A stretch of DNA of 64,000 bases from Pelomyxa schiedti (taxonomy: Eukaryota; Protista; Evosea), in the NCBI GenBank assembly GCA_020536535.1, contig JAHLWZ010000359.1, forward strand, positions 1 through 64,000, in the 5' to 3' direction. A program made the translations under genes and the position numbers. The notes beneath the pieces are model-generated. The model was not told the origin of the DNA and searched no databases. It worked only from the letters and a program-made list of their open reading frames with translations. How positions within the stretch are numbered: position 1 is the stretch's first letter; each line of letters starts with the position of its first letter. This document shows, in pieces, positions 25,942 through 38,073 of the stretch.

Positions 25942-27966
25942 TCAGTCAGATTGAGATTGTGAGAGGCCGAGCCTGTGCATCACCTGGAAGGTCTTGTAGA
26001 AGGGGTGAGCGTGAGGACATGAGCCCCATTGGTCAATGGTGGCACCCAACTTGACGGCCAAAACAGACTCCGAGATGAGGTCCCCCGCCGTCGCTCCCAC
26101 AATGCACACTCCCAGCACTCTACCAGCGTCGTTCTTGTTGTTTCCGCCACTGGGCGACGAGGTTGGGGCCACAACAGAGGCCGAATCGCCACGGGGTTGT
26201 TCATCTGATGATGTTGCTGCAGCCGCCTCCGCAGTTGCTACTTTGGTGACGTCACTGGGGCCTGAGGTGGTTTTGGTGTCGGTTGGTGGCTGATTTGACG
26301 TCTCGTGTTGGGCTGATGCTATGACTTTGACTATGCCTTCCAATTCTGAGCAGAGGGTGTCTCTCATGTCACTGTTGTAACGGAACCAGTGCACTTGGGT
26401 AGCAACTCCTTCTCTCTTCAAAGTTTCTTCGGATTTACCTGTTTGCTTTTTTTTTAATTGGTTTTCTATGTAGGGAACAAAGACCTGTCCAACTGAGCTC
26501 AGGTTGAGTATAAATAACACTAGGCAATGTGAAGTGATCCGGTGTAGTCGTAATATCACCACTATTACTACCGAACAGATATTCTACAACAGTGGCAGCT
26601 TCGAGAGCTGATTTGTGTGCTACCATTGGGCCTGGTGTGCAGTCGCCTGCTGCAAATATACTCTTCACACTAATTGACTGGCAGACATTATTAACCTGTT
26701 TTAAAGACAATTAGTGTTAATGCTATAGGTTATAACTTACACTAATGGCGCCCTTCTCATCTAAGGTCACACCAATTTCCTTTAGTCCAAGGTTTCCTGT
26801 TGCCGGTTTTCTTCCTACCGCCATTAGAACTACGTCACCTGATATCTCAAAGAGATTTCCAGTTGACGTTTCATACTAAAATAATGTTAGTGTACAAGCT
26901 TCACAGTGCCCTCGTACTTTGAGAGTGACCCCATCGGGGTGTATATCGGCAGATCGTACAGTAACATTGAGATTGAACTTCATTCCTTGAGCTTCAAGTA
27001 GACCTTGGTACTGAGAAGCTACATCTGGGTCTATCTTTGGAGAGCCAATATTACCAAGCATTTCCAGAAATTCCACTTGAGCTCCTTAATAGAGTAAGAT
27101 GAAGGAAATGGTGGAAGACACCATTAAACCCTTACCTAGCCTGGACCATATCGAGCCAAACTCTAGTCCAATTGCCCCTGCCCCAATAATAATCATTCTC
27201 CTTGGTACAGCTCGAAGTTCCATGCATCTATGACCATTTAGTTTCGCATGGAAAAGGAAATGAAACCCTGCTGATGACAGAACTACTTTCTCATCAATTT
27301 TTAAAAACGGTAAATCTGCACTCTCTGATCCCGTTGCAATCAGTATGTTCTCTGCGTTCCTAGTATTAGGTAAGCAGATATATTTTACCCTACTTTTGCA
27401 CAGTTTTTTCACGGATCCATCTGCTTGATCAATTGAAATTTCATTGGGCTTACTGAGAACAGCCCTTCCTGGTGTATGTCATGTGAATAGTTGTACTAAT
27501 ATAGCTGCATACCATTGTACAACGGCACCCTATTTTTTGCTAGAATTTCCTCAATTTGTTTCTGCTGGACTCTCTTAGCTTCATCTTTAAGTCTGTGCAT
27601 TTGGGGCAAATCAAATTGAACGTGCTGAGGCCTCAAAGCGTGCTCTTGTGCCCTTTCTTTCATCATTTTGAATAGGTGAGTGTTATAGCACATTGACTTT
27701 GTAGGAACACAGCCTAAAGAATACCGAAAGAGAGCACATGATTAGACTTTGTAAGGGAGCGAAAAAACAAACAACACCAAACACAACTCAACACAACAAC
27801 ACAGATCCCATAATGACCCACCCAAATTGACACAGCAACCTCCCACAACTTCCCGCATTTCCACCACAGCCACTTTCTTTCCATATTGAGCCGCCCTCAC
27901 CACAGCCCCAATCCCAGCTGGCCCAGCACCAATAACAACCAAATCAAGCCTCTCCTCCTCTGTCAT
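25942..27966 (-). CDS. DLD: Dihydrolipoamide dehydrogenase-family flavoprotein (divergent; E3/GCS L-protein-like)
   Basis: DLVVIGAGPAG, GGCCVNLG-CVPTK (redox disulfide), ILIATGS, GAGAIGLEFGSIWSRLG, AAGDCTPGPMVAHKS, IYTQPEL, VLGVCIVGATAGDLISE, HAHP. An alternative ATG lies at 27999. Confidence 0.88.
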
Positions 27967-28369
27967 TTGATTGGATACTAATTGCAGACCATACCACATT
28001 GTCCTGTGTTTGGGTTTTACCAACACTGAGTCATACCTTCCAAAACGAAATTTTGTGCCATTTGGTAGGGCACATGATAAATGGATTCACCTTCCCAGAG
28101 CGCCATTCCAGGTTCCAAACCTATACCTGTACTGTAACAAAAGTGTTCAAAACAAAAAAAAAATAGAAAACCGGGAATCATCCAGACGGCCAAAGTTCAA
28201 TAGCGGAAGGGCAAAAAAAAAAAAAGAAAAACCAGGCAGACGAAAACAAAAAAGAAAGAAACAAAGTAACCACGACAGTGCCAGCGGCATCGAGATCCAG
28301 ACACCACATTTTTTACACGCGGGCCAGTTACTTGTTGTTGTTTTGTTGAGCATTTAGAGGCCATACACT

Positions 28370-31300
28370 ATGTTCGGCAAGAAAAAAGACTCGTCGGCCA
28401 ACCTCAGCCGAAAGGACACACCCAAAAAAGAGGACCCAAAGAAAACCAAAGGAAGCAGTGCGGCTGCTCCGGCGACGCCGACTTCGTCAAAGGCCGTAAA
28501 TCCATTGACACAAAGCTCTTCACCTGCTACAACGCCTGCAGAGCCAAGGCCCTCTGATGAAAAAATCATTGCTGACTTTGCTATTCTGTTGGTACAAGAC
28601 GTTTCCATCCCGTTGTTATTGTTGTTTGTTGCCAGTAGAATTTCCACCCCATTGTTATTCACTCACGGTGCCAACAGCCTGAACTGGGGATTCCAGTCTC
28701 CAAGCAGACAGACATGCTCAAATTACCTGTTGATAGTAAATGGAAGCTGCTTCAGCAGATGCGCACAAAGAAAGTGCAGTCATCTCCACAGTATTTTATG
28801 CAAGAACTCAAAACCAACCCATCCGACCATCTCATGAAAGAGCTGCGTGTTAGCTTAACATCTGAGACAGTTAGCTGGGTCACCAACTTCCTCAAATTGG
28901 ATGGACTGGTGGAATTGATCAACTTACTCGATGCACTGTCCAAGAGAAAAGAGTATGCCACAATAGCAAAAACCCATATTCTAACGAACAATCCAAAGTA
29001 AAACACCTCAGGACATCACACTTTTGAGTGAGTGCATTCTGTGCCTTAAAGCACTAGCAAATAACGAACAAGTTACTATCGAAAATCTTCCCAAGGTTGT
29101 ACTTTCTCTATAACACTGTCCCCACTCACATCACCAAAACAAACAAAAAAACACAGTGGACCACACTCCTTGCACAGTCATTGGTTTTTGATTTGTCTGC
29201 AGATGCCAGATGTGCTGCATGCTATGTTTTAGCAAGTTTTGTCTACCATTCAGATGGAAAGGCTATCATAGCTGCCCCAGAGAAACAATTGTACTACTGT
29301 GCCACCCTTGTTATAGCTAAACGAATGACAGAGAGGTACTGAAAGCTCTAGATGCCGCAGATGCGAGAAAAGGTTCAAGATGGGTTCATATATTGAAAGC
29401 CTTTAAAAAAACGGAAGAGGAGCAGGTTTGGTATCAGTACTGCCTTGTGTAAATTGTAAATATTTTCTGTATTAGTTAGCAGCTATGACTCTCCTCAATT
29501 CTCTTGTTACGGACCAAGAGGAATTGACAACACGGCTCATCCTACGAAAGGAACTTGAAGATCTGGGCATAACTGCTCTACTTCAAGTAAGACTATGTTT
29601 ATCTTCGATTTAATCATTTCCTGCAGGCTGCACAAGCCAGCTCCACGGATGCGAAATTAGTTGAAACAATAACCATGTGGGATGATGCAAGGATTGATGA
29701 CGCTGCTGCAAACCCTGATTTGCAGGACGCTGATATCTCGTATGGTTTAATGTTTTCGTATTTTTTTTAAAAAAAAATTCTTTGCAACAGAGACCCCACA
29801 GCTCTTTTTTCAAAGCTTCTCAGAATTGTGGAGGGCACTGTAGGAGGAACTAGGTTACACTCTCTCCTGAGCGAACTGTATCTCTCTTGTAGAAGGGACC
29901 CTGATCATGGGTATAATGTAAAGTAAGCTTCCAGGAAACCCTGTTAACACTATGACAACAGACTCAAAGCCTTGGGTGCCATGGTTGAAGTTCTGAAAAC
30001 TAATTTGAATATTCAATCTGCCATTGCCTCCTTCGAAGTCAAAGATACAATTGATAACCTAAACAATGAGATAACAAGACTCAAGGTATCTCACTCTAAC
30101 ATTATCTCCTAATAACTGTTAATTTCTAGGCCAGTAATCAGCACAGTGAGCAGCAAGCACAGTCTGCTAAAGAAAAATTGGCAGCTGCATATGAAAAAAT
30201 ACAGGTACGTCTCATTAAAGAAAACACAATCCAATTGTTTGTAGGCTCTTGAAGAGGAAGTACAAAAGTGGAAGCATGAAGTGGAATCCCGAAAGCGAGA
30301 AGTACATAAGTTAACCTCCGATATGTCAAAGCAAACTACAATAGCTGACCATATTGGTAAACAATTAGCAGCAGAAAAAGAGCACGTGGCCCAGCTACAA
30401 GAAGAACAATCAGAGAGTGCCACACGTGAATCTGCACTTGCCCAAAAGGTTGCTTTGCTTGAAGCAGAGCATAAATCTCTTGTTGGCCGAGTGCATACCT
30501 TAGAAGGAGATCTGAGGCTTGCCCAAGAAGCTAAAAAGCAAGTTGAAGATGAAGTCAGTGGGCTTGAACAGAAGCTGCAACTGCTGTCTTCCGAAATGAA
30601 ACAATCAGGTGGGGAATCTGGTGAGTCTGGTTTCAGTAGTCAAGAACGAATTGCGCTTCAAACAGACAACTCCATTCTGAGTGACAAACTGAAGAACATA
30701 TCTGAAGAATTGAAAAAAACTCAAACTCTCCTACAAGAAGCCAGAAAAGACCAGCAAGCTGTTGAAGAAGAAAGCAAACGGTTGACCACGAAGTTGAAAG
30801 CGTTGGAGTCGCAAGTGAGTACTGGAGGTTCTGTTCGGGGTTCTGCACCACAGGTCCCTGACGACTTTGATCCAGGTCAACTTCCACCTGCCCCTCCTAT
30901 TCCTGGTGATGGCGCCCCTGTACCACCACCGCCGCCGCCACCGCCTCCTCCACCCATGAAAGGGAGACGAGGTGCCCCAGCCATGCTTCCTCCTCCAGAA
31001 CTTCCTCCCGTTGTAGACGGTGCGGACTCATCTGAGAATCCAACTCCAGTTGATGGAGAGTCACAAATCCCACCACCTCCACCTCCACCTGGAGGTGATG
31101 GCGCGCCGCCCCCACCTCCTCCACCCCCACCTGGCCCAATGGGAAGAGGAAGAGGAAGAGGACGTGGCGCAGTACCACCAGGACCGGGTGTAATGGGTGT
31201 GTACCCTGCAAACCTCCTACCCTTAACTTAACAAGCATTCAGCCGGTAGACCACCCAAAGTCTGTGAAGTCCCTCCGTCATGTAAAATGCTGCAACTTAA

Positions 31301-33197
31301 CTTGAAAAAAGTTACTCCTGAACAAATCAATAACACTGTGTGGGAAAATGCCAAGGTTCCTTTTTCTATACTTATATTGTACTAGACTTACTTTACATTA
31401 GGAGCCGGACATTAAGACACTGCTACCTCAAATTGAATTACTTTTTGCAGCAAAGACGGCTGCAGTGAAAACGCCTGGCACAACCCCAGAGCCTGAAAGT
31501 GCGTTTGTGGCCTTATTCCTGTTTAAAATAACCATCTGAATCAGAATCTGGCCCTGTTGCTGTGAAACTTCTGGATGGAAAGAAGTCAAATAACGTTTGT
31601 AAGCTTCAGGCTCCTTGTTTCCAAAACTAACCTTTACAGCTATTACTATTGGGCGTATCAAAATTCCTTTTTCTGACGTCGTTACGGCCATCTTTGCGTT
31701 GGATGAGACTGTTCTCACCCCATCCTTTGTCTCCAGTGTTTTAAAAGTCATTCCAACACCAGAAGAGGTACAGTCCACTGTCGCATGGTTTTCTTCTGAT
31801 CTTCAACCAGATAGAAACACTTAGAGCGTACCCAGACCCCCCAAGTACTCTAGACAAACCAGAACAATTCTTATTGGAGGTTTGTTTTCTCCCTTGGGAT
31901 TGTTCCTACAAATTTATGTTCCCAAGATTGCCAAAGTCCCTCGACTACAACAACGACTGGACGCGCTAAGCTTCCAGCAGCAGTTCCAGGATAAAATGAA
32001 TGAAGTTGAACCGGTCCGTACCGTGTTAAATCTGTGGAATGTCTAATTTGCCCTTTTGGTTAGATGTGCAAGTCTGTCGTTTTAGCCTGCCAGCAGTTGG
32101 TTACAAGTAAGAAGTTGATAACCGTTATGGAGGTTCAATCACCCCCTCTACCGAACCACATTTTTTACCTCTAGTTGTAGTTTGTTCTTGCCATAGGCAA
32201 TTTTGTAAATGCAAATTCTTTCCGAGGTGGCCTTTATGGGTTTAAAATGGACTCCTTGCTTCAAGTGCGCAAGACTTTTCTCTGCAATAAAACCTAAAAT
32301 TCTCTTCCAGCTATCTCAGACAAAATCTTCTTCAGATCCCAAACAAACCTTCATGCATTTTATTATTGATGCTCTGGGTAATCAATCCCCCGAGCTTCCT
32401 GAATGGTGGGACGAGGTTAGTGCTGTTGACGAAGCAAGAAAAGGTTGGCTATAGAATTTTGATCTCAGTCTCACCTTTTTTTCCCCCAGTGTCACTCACA
32501 CAACTTGCATCTGATGTTGCTGGGTTGCGTAAAGGTGTAAAGCTAGTACAGACAGAGATTGAGGCTGCCACGTCCGAGGACCCTATGGACAAATTTAAAG
32601 ACATTATGACTGTATAACTTGATTCCCATGCCTTTTCTTACCCACTGTCAAGGTCTTTTTCAAAACCGCGTCCGACGACTTCACCAGAGTAGAGACCGCT
32701 TTTAAAGAAGCTGAAGAAGCATTCAAGAAAGTCCTCGTTTTCTTCTGTGAGGATCCGAAAACCACACCGGAAGAATTTTTTGGGACAGTTAACACCGTAC
32801 TTTTCCAACATCCTAACAAACAACCAACAAAATAACCCACCAAACAGTTCCACATCGAATTCGAGAAAGCCAAAAAAGACATCAAGCTCATCAAGGAAAA
32901 AGCTATCAAAGACAAACAAAGAGAAGCACAGGCACAAGCCCGCGCCTCGGGTTCTGCTCCAGCCTCACCGGGCGGCGCCGGCCCAGCTAAAGGCAAGATG
33001 GACAATCTCATCTCAAGCTTACAAAGCCGTGACAGGGGCCGCGGGCCTCAAAGTATGTCCACCAATATTATTCCCTTTGGTTTCTAACAGCCAATGCTTA
33101 CTTAACAGTGCCGAATTTTGGAGCCGAGGCTCTATCTGTGCGGCTTAAATCCAGCACCGCCTCTTCCAATACAACAACCACGAGCTCTTCATCATAG
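28370..33197 (+). CDS. Diaphanous-related formin (GBD/FH3, coiled coil, FH1 polyproline, FH2, DAD)
   Basis: LRVSLTSETVSWVTNFL (GBD), poly-Pro tracts at 30900-31140, FH2 motifs (LAIGNFVN, YGFKMDSL, EEFFGT), DAD-like GKMDNLISSLQSR. Confidence 0.92.
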
Positions 33198-33373
33198 CTG
33201 TATGAAAAACCCGCAAAAGAAACCTTTGTACCAAACTAAAATTTCCGGCGGAATTTTTTGATTTGAGTTTCCATCCAACGTTTGTGGCTATTTTAAAACA
33301 ACACCGGTAGTATTACAGGCCTTTCTTAAAAATACAGCAAAACACCCAAAAAAGGGTTGGTGACTGTGACCCA

Positions 33374-34492
33374 TTATGAATACAAGCCATCGAAATACTC
33401 CAAAAACTGAGCTATCTACACAACAGTGAGAGGAAAAAGTGAGAATAGAATGAGAATGTGACTGAATACCTCGGTGTTATCTTTTACAAATCTACCAAAC
33501 TCTGTGGGTGTAATGAGTGAAATGTTTGTGATGGTGAAATAGTGCACACGCTTGGCATTGAGTTTCCCATCGCAGTCTGTGTCTAATGAGTAAAATGATT
33601 GCTCCATGGATGTATTGATGTACTCAGAGTCATCTACTTGATTGACAAATTGTAGATCGCGGAATGATAAATTCTGGGACTTTGTTATGCGGTTTCTTTC
33701 TTTCTACTGGCCATACATGTACAGAGAGAAGTTTTTCACAGGCAGCCAAAGAAATTCTAATGGCTTGGTGAACTTCTTCAAGACTTATTGTGCCATCACC
33801 ATTTTGATCAAACAACTTGAACAAAACTGTCATGTTGGTAAGACAGCACATCTATACGGTGCATTAATACATGATATTTTTTCTTCTTTGTTCCCTTTGC
33901 AAAGAACTAAAGGTAAACGAAAAGAGCTGAAGTGAGTACAGTGCAAGTTACATTTAAACAGAAAGGTGAAAGCTTACTGCTCATGCCAGTTGCGAATTCC
34001 ACAAAATCGACAAAACCATCTGTATGTTTCTTAGACCACCATGTAGGAGCCACTTTCTGTACCGTGATTGAGATCGAATGCCAGAAAGAAACATTCGGCA
34101 AGTTCTGCAGTGATACCAAAACGTTGTTGCATTAACTAATTTATGACTGTATGTTACACTTTTAGGAGTACAGTTGGTGCAACCTCGGAAAAAGTGGTTT
34201 TCTCCAGCAGTACTTGCGGCACGCTACCAGGAGGTGTGGAACCCCTTCTCCTGTTGTCACGAGAAAATTCCTTCAAGTCCTGTAACAGTCTATCCCTCTG
34301 GGAGCCCGAAACTACAAATGAGCCTAGGTGAGTGTGCGTAGAGTATCGTTTATAAGGCACTGCGTGTTGTTGCATTGAGGTGAGAGAAAATGATGTTTAT
34401 TAGGAACACTTCTCTAACAAAAGACAAGGGTGTTAATGCCAACATTTGCACGTATATACGGGAGATCTCTTGGTACTACACACATGGCCCAT
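33374..34492 (-). CDS. N-acylated EF-hand protein (NCS/recoverin-like)
   Basis: Probable start MGHVCS; EF loops FDLNH-DGFVDFVEF, FDQNGDGTISLEE, DTDCDGKLNAK-EF. Confidence 0.78.
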
Positions 34493-34786
34493 CCCCCACT
34501 TCGCCTTTTTTTTTTCCTTCGTTTTTTTCCCGCAACAAACGAAAAAACCGAACGGCAGGTGCCGACGAAGAGATGCTTCGGTTTATTTTTTCTCATTTTT
34601 TTTGCGCCATTCCCAGTTCTATTTGGTATTACATAAAGCCAGGTTGGGAGCGAGTCCCAAATCCAACTTGGCCACAGCACTCCAGCGAAAATGAGTGCGA
34701 CACACACAGGGCCCTCCACTTTTGGTGGTGGTTCGTTGAGGCGAAATGGGAATTGGAATTCAGTCTAAGGTCGATTCTGATGTGAT

Positions 34787-35949
34787 TCAGGTGGTTTGTT
34801 GTGTTGCCGTTGTTGTATGGTGGTTGCTGCGGGGTGGCGTTTTGAGGGGAGTTTCAAAGGGTGTGGTTGTTGATGAACTGGTTGTTGGAGTTGGGGTTCT
34901 AAACAGAGGTGTCAGCGGTACTGCGATTCCAAAATTTTGCAGCTGTTGTGGGGTGTGGGGTGAAATAGGAGAACTGCACGTGCGGCCGGATATTCCCTCG
35001 GAGTTTGTGGCGAGTGGGGGAGTGGGTGGTGATGATAGAGCCCTAATTAGGGGCGGGGAAGGTGCTAAATGTAAGTTTGCGTGCGGCGTGTGTGTTTGAG
35101 TGGCTGGGGAGGGTTTGGGTATGAAAGGTGGTGGAGGGGGAGGTGGGGGAATTGAGTATTGTTGTGAGGGTGCAGTTGGTTGCTGTGCTTGTGGCCTGTT
35201 GATTGAGGGAAGCTGCGGTTTTTCACAGAACGGGACCGGGGCAAAACTTGACAGGCCAGAGACATTACAATTCTCAAGCAGGCTTCTAATCTCGGAGTTT
35301 TTTTTTGCAAAATCAATCAAGAGAGTTGCACAGGCACTAGTCATGCTCTGAAGAAGAGGTTGGAAAGGGAATACAGAATAAAGAAAGCCACCTGTTGGAA
35401 AAACCCTTGCCACTCTGTCTTTGATTGGAAGTCACCGTGTACGTGGAGAAGGGTATGCTGTTGCTCATACTCCCAATTGTAACATTTGACATCTGGAGAA
35501 ATCTAGGTTGCTGTCACTCTTTCAAAAAGGAAGGAAAAGGGAGAAAACAGGGATGTGAGTCAGGGACCTGAACACCCTTCAAGAATCCTTCTTGATCCAG
35601 CTGGATAACAGCCACCGCTCCACTCTCTGACCGCTTTTCAGGATCACATTGTAATTTTTTGTGTTTGTGGTTGGCGGGGGCACCCAACTATAAAGAGCAC
35701 AGTACCACACAAACAAACTAACAATAAATCACACACAAAAATAGAAAAAATAAACAGACCATCGGCTTGCTCTCCTTCGTAGACAAAAGTAGGCTCCACC
35801 ACAAAGGCGCGATCGTTGGAGTGCAGGACAATTTGCAAGTCGTGCCACTTGATCCCCGTCTGTGGCCACGCTGTCGTAGCCGACGAGCTCTGTGTCTGTG
35901 ACGTAGTCGTGATTGCACTGCTGGTCGTCGTGGGTGCGGTCTTGTCCAT
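34787..35949 (-). CDS. Hypothetical protein with Pro/Thr-rich C-terminus
   Basis: Exon-like ORFs (MDKTAPTTT...; RVFPTGGFLYSVFPFQPLL...) separated by GT-AG intron-like gaps. No recognisable domain. Confidence 0.55.
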
Positions 35950-36065
35950 GGGAACAAAACCACGATCAACAAACAATTGTGTTTGGCGAAGGGGCGTGTG
36001 TGATCGGCTGTGCTTCTGTTGTTTTTGCTTTTTTCCTCTTGTGTGATCTGGAACTTGCAGTTCAG

Positions 36066-37054
36066 CTAGCTGATCATGGCCAGGATGCGCTGTTTGAGGT
36101 CTTCAGGTAATTGGGTGAGGTGTTCGGTGTTGTTGGGGATATTGGGCCAGTTGGTGGCGATTGTGTACATGCAGAGTTCTACGAGGGGGCCAGTGGATGT
36201 GACGAGATAGGGAATTGTGCCAACCTTCAGGCCCAGTGTGAGTAGCACCATTGTTCGTTCAACGTTGAGGCCAGTTCTTGTGCACAATGATACGAAAGGT
36301 ACGCCGAATTCCTCTGCAAGTGCGGTGCCTTCTTTGTGTTCCACAAATGGAGGCAGTAGTGAAGGTGGGGACGTGGAAGGTGTACTGGGTTTAACAACCC
36401 ATAGGTTTTCAACGAGGATGAGCTGAGGGTTCCCAGACAGTTTTAGAGTGCGTAAGCAATTCCCTGCCGCCTCAAACGAGGAACGATCAGCATTGCTGTA
36501 TATCACAACAGCACCACTGGCATTCTGGAGAGAAATTGGAAGAAACACATTGTTTTGTTTTGAGGTGAAAGAGGGAGGAGGGATCAGAGGATTTGGGTAC
36601 AATACATTTGGTGTTTTGTGAAATACCTTGCAGAATGAACCTGTTGTAGAAGCAAAACTTTGAATGGTATAAGATTACAAGTACTCGAAGTTAAGCGTCT
36701 ACATACTTCGGGGCAGTACTGCATACGTCGAGCTTGAGTGACAATTAGTGAGAGTTAGTAACATATTCACCAGTCCACACCAAGTTGATTTTAATCTTGG
36801 ACTTGCCAAAGAGCCTTACAGCAGTAAAGAATTGAATGCCCACCGATGGCCTATAGATTTCGCTGACGGGCTTGAAAGTGAACCGTCGTGCAAAGGTTGT
36901 TTTACCCACCTACGCCAGTGGTGTCAAATTGTAACGGTCAGTCATATCGGAGTAGCCATGTTTGCGGAGTTACTTTAGGCCCGCCAATGACAAGGATTTT
37001 GAAGAAGTGATCGTACTCAGGCGGCTGCTCCAGTTCTTCTTCCTCGTCGTTCAT
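36066..37054 (-). CDS. Divergent Rab-like small GTPase with C-terminal BC-box/SOCS-box-like motif and no CAAX
   Basis: EYDHFFKILVIGGPK-VGKT, ASGAVVIY, DRSSFE, ALAEEFGVPF, RTGLNVE; tail PLVELCMYTIATN...LTQLPEDLKQRIL. Confidence 0.8.
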
Positions 37055-37294
37055 TTCAGGAAAGATCTCTCCACACGTCTCAACCAACAACCTACCTCTT
37101 GCGCAGCACAGTATTATTTTCATTATGGAATACACATGACACAAAGATCCCCTTGGAGCCCGAAGCCGGGGCAAGATGCCAATCAAGCCATCAAACTGTC
37201 ACCAGAGAAAAAAATGAAAAAACAGATCTGGTTGTTTTTTCTTAAAAATTAAAACCAGCAGAGGTGTGGTAGGGGCGCAGAAGACGGACTCGCA

Positions 37295-37952
37295 ATGGCG
37301 ATGAAATCTAAGGGCTCGACTCCTATTGACGGCGACTACCACGAGGTTTTCTTGTTGTGCGGTTGATCGGTGTGTTTAATATGTAACGCAGGCCGAATAC
37401 ATTTCCATTTACGTTTCTGACCCCGTGACTGTCCAAGATGGCACCGGCACTTTCACTCGCTACAAAGTAGCTACCGAGGTAAATTTTTTTTTCTTCACCC
37501 TTGGTTCATCTGATTACCCCTTCACACTCCACCAAGACAACATTCCCGGAGTACAAGAAGGGACCGAACTTCTTTGTGTACCGCCGGTACAAGCAGTTTG
37601 TTATGCTTAGTGACCACCTCAAAGAACGCTTGGCAGCAAATCCAAGGAACCTAAAATTCGGAGGTTCTTCTACCTTCCTTTTTTTTACACATTCAGTACT
37701 TAGAATAAACTGTATAATTTATGAAGCATGGATGTAACCTTTAGGGTAATTCCAGATGTACCCGACCTGCCTGGAAACACTGTTGGATCGTTGTTCAATA
37801 TTGGAAATTCCCGTTATGAAGCAGAATTTCTGGAAACCCGTAGAAAGGGCCTGGAGGAATTCATCAACGTAGTGGCAAAGCACAACGCTTTCCGGTTTGA
37901 GCCTGCAGTGCACAATTTCCTCCAGAACGACGATTTTACTCAGCCTCTTTGA
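37295..37952 (+). CDS. PX-domain-only sorting nexin (SNX3/12-like)
   Basis: IYVSDP, FTRYKV, VYRRYKQF, PDLPG, FLETRRKGLEEFIN, HNFLQ. Confidence 0.9.
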
Positions 37953-38073
37953 GTTGTATAACTGGACCACCAGACTAGACACAAAAAAAAAAACAACACC
38001 TCATTCACCAAAAACCATAACAAAAAAAAAAGGATTTTTTTCCCCCTTTTCTCCATTCTAGGCAGCTATTTCT

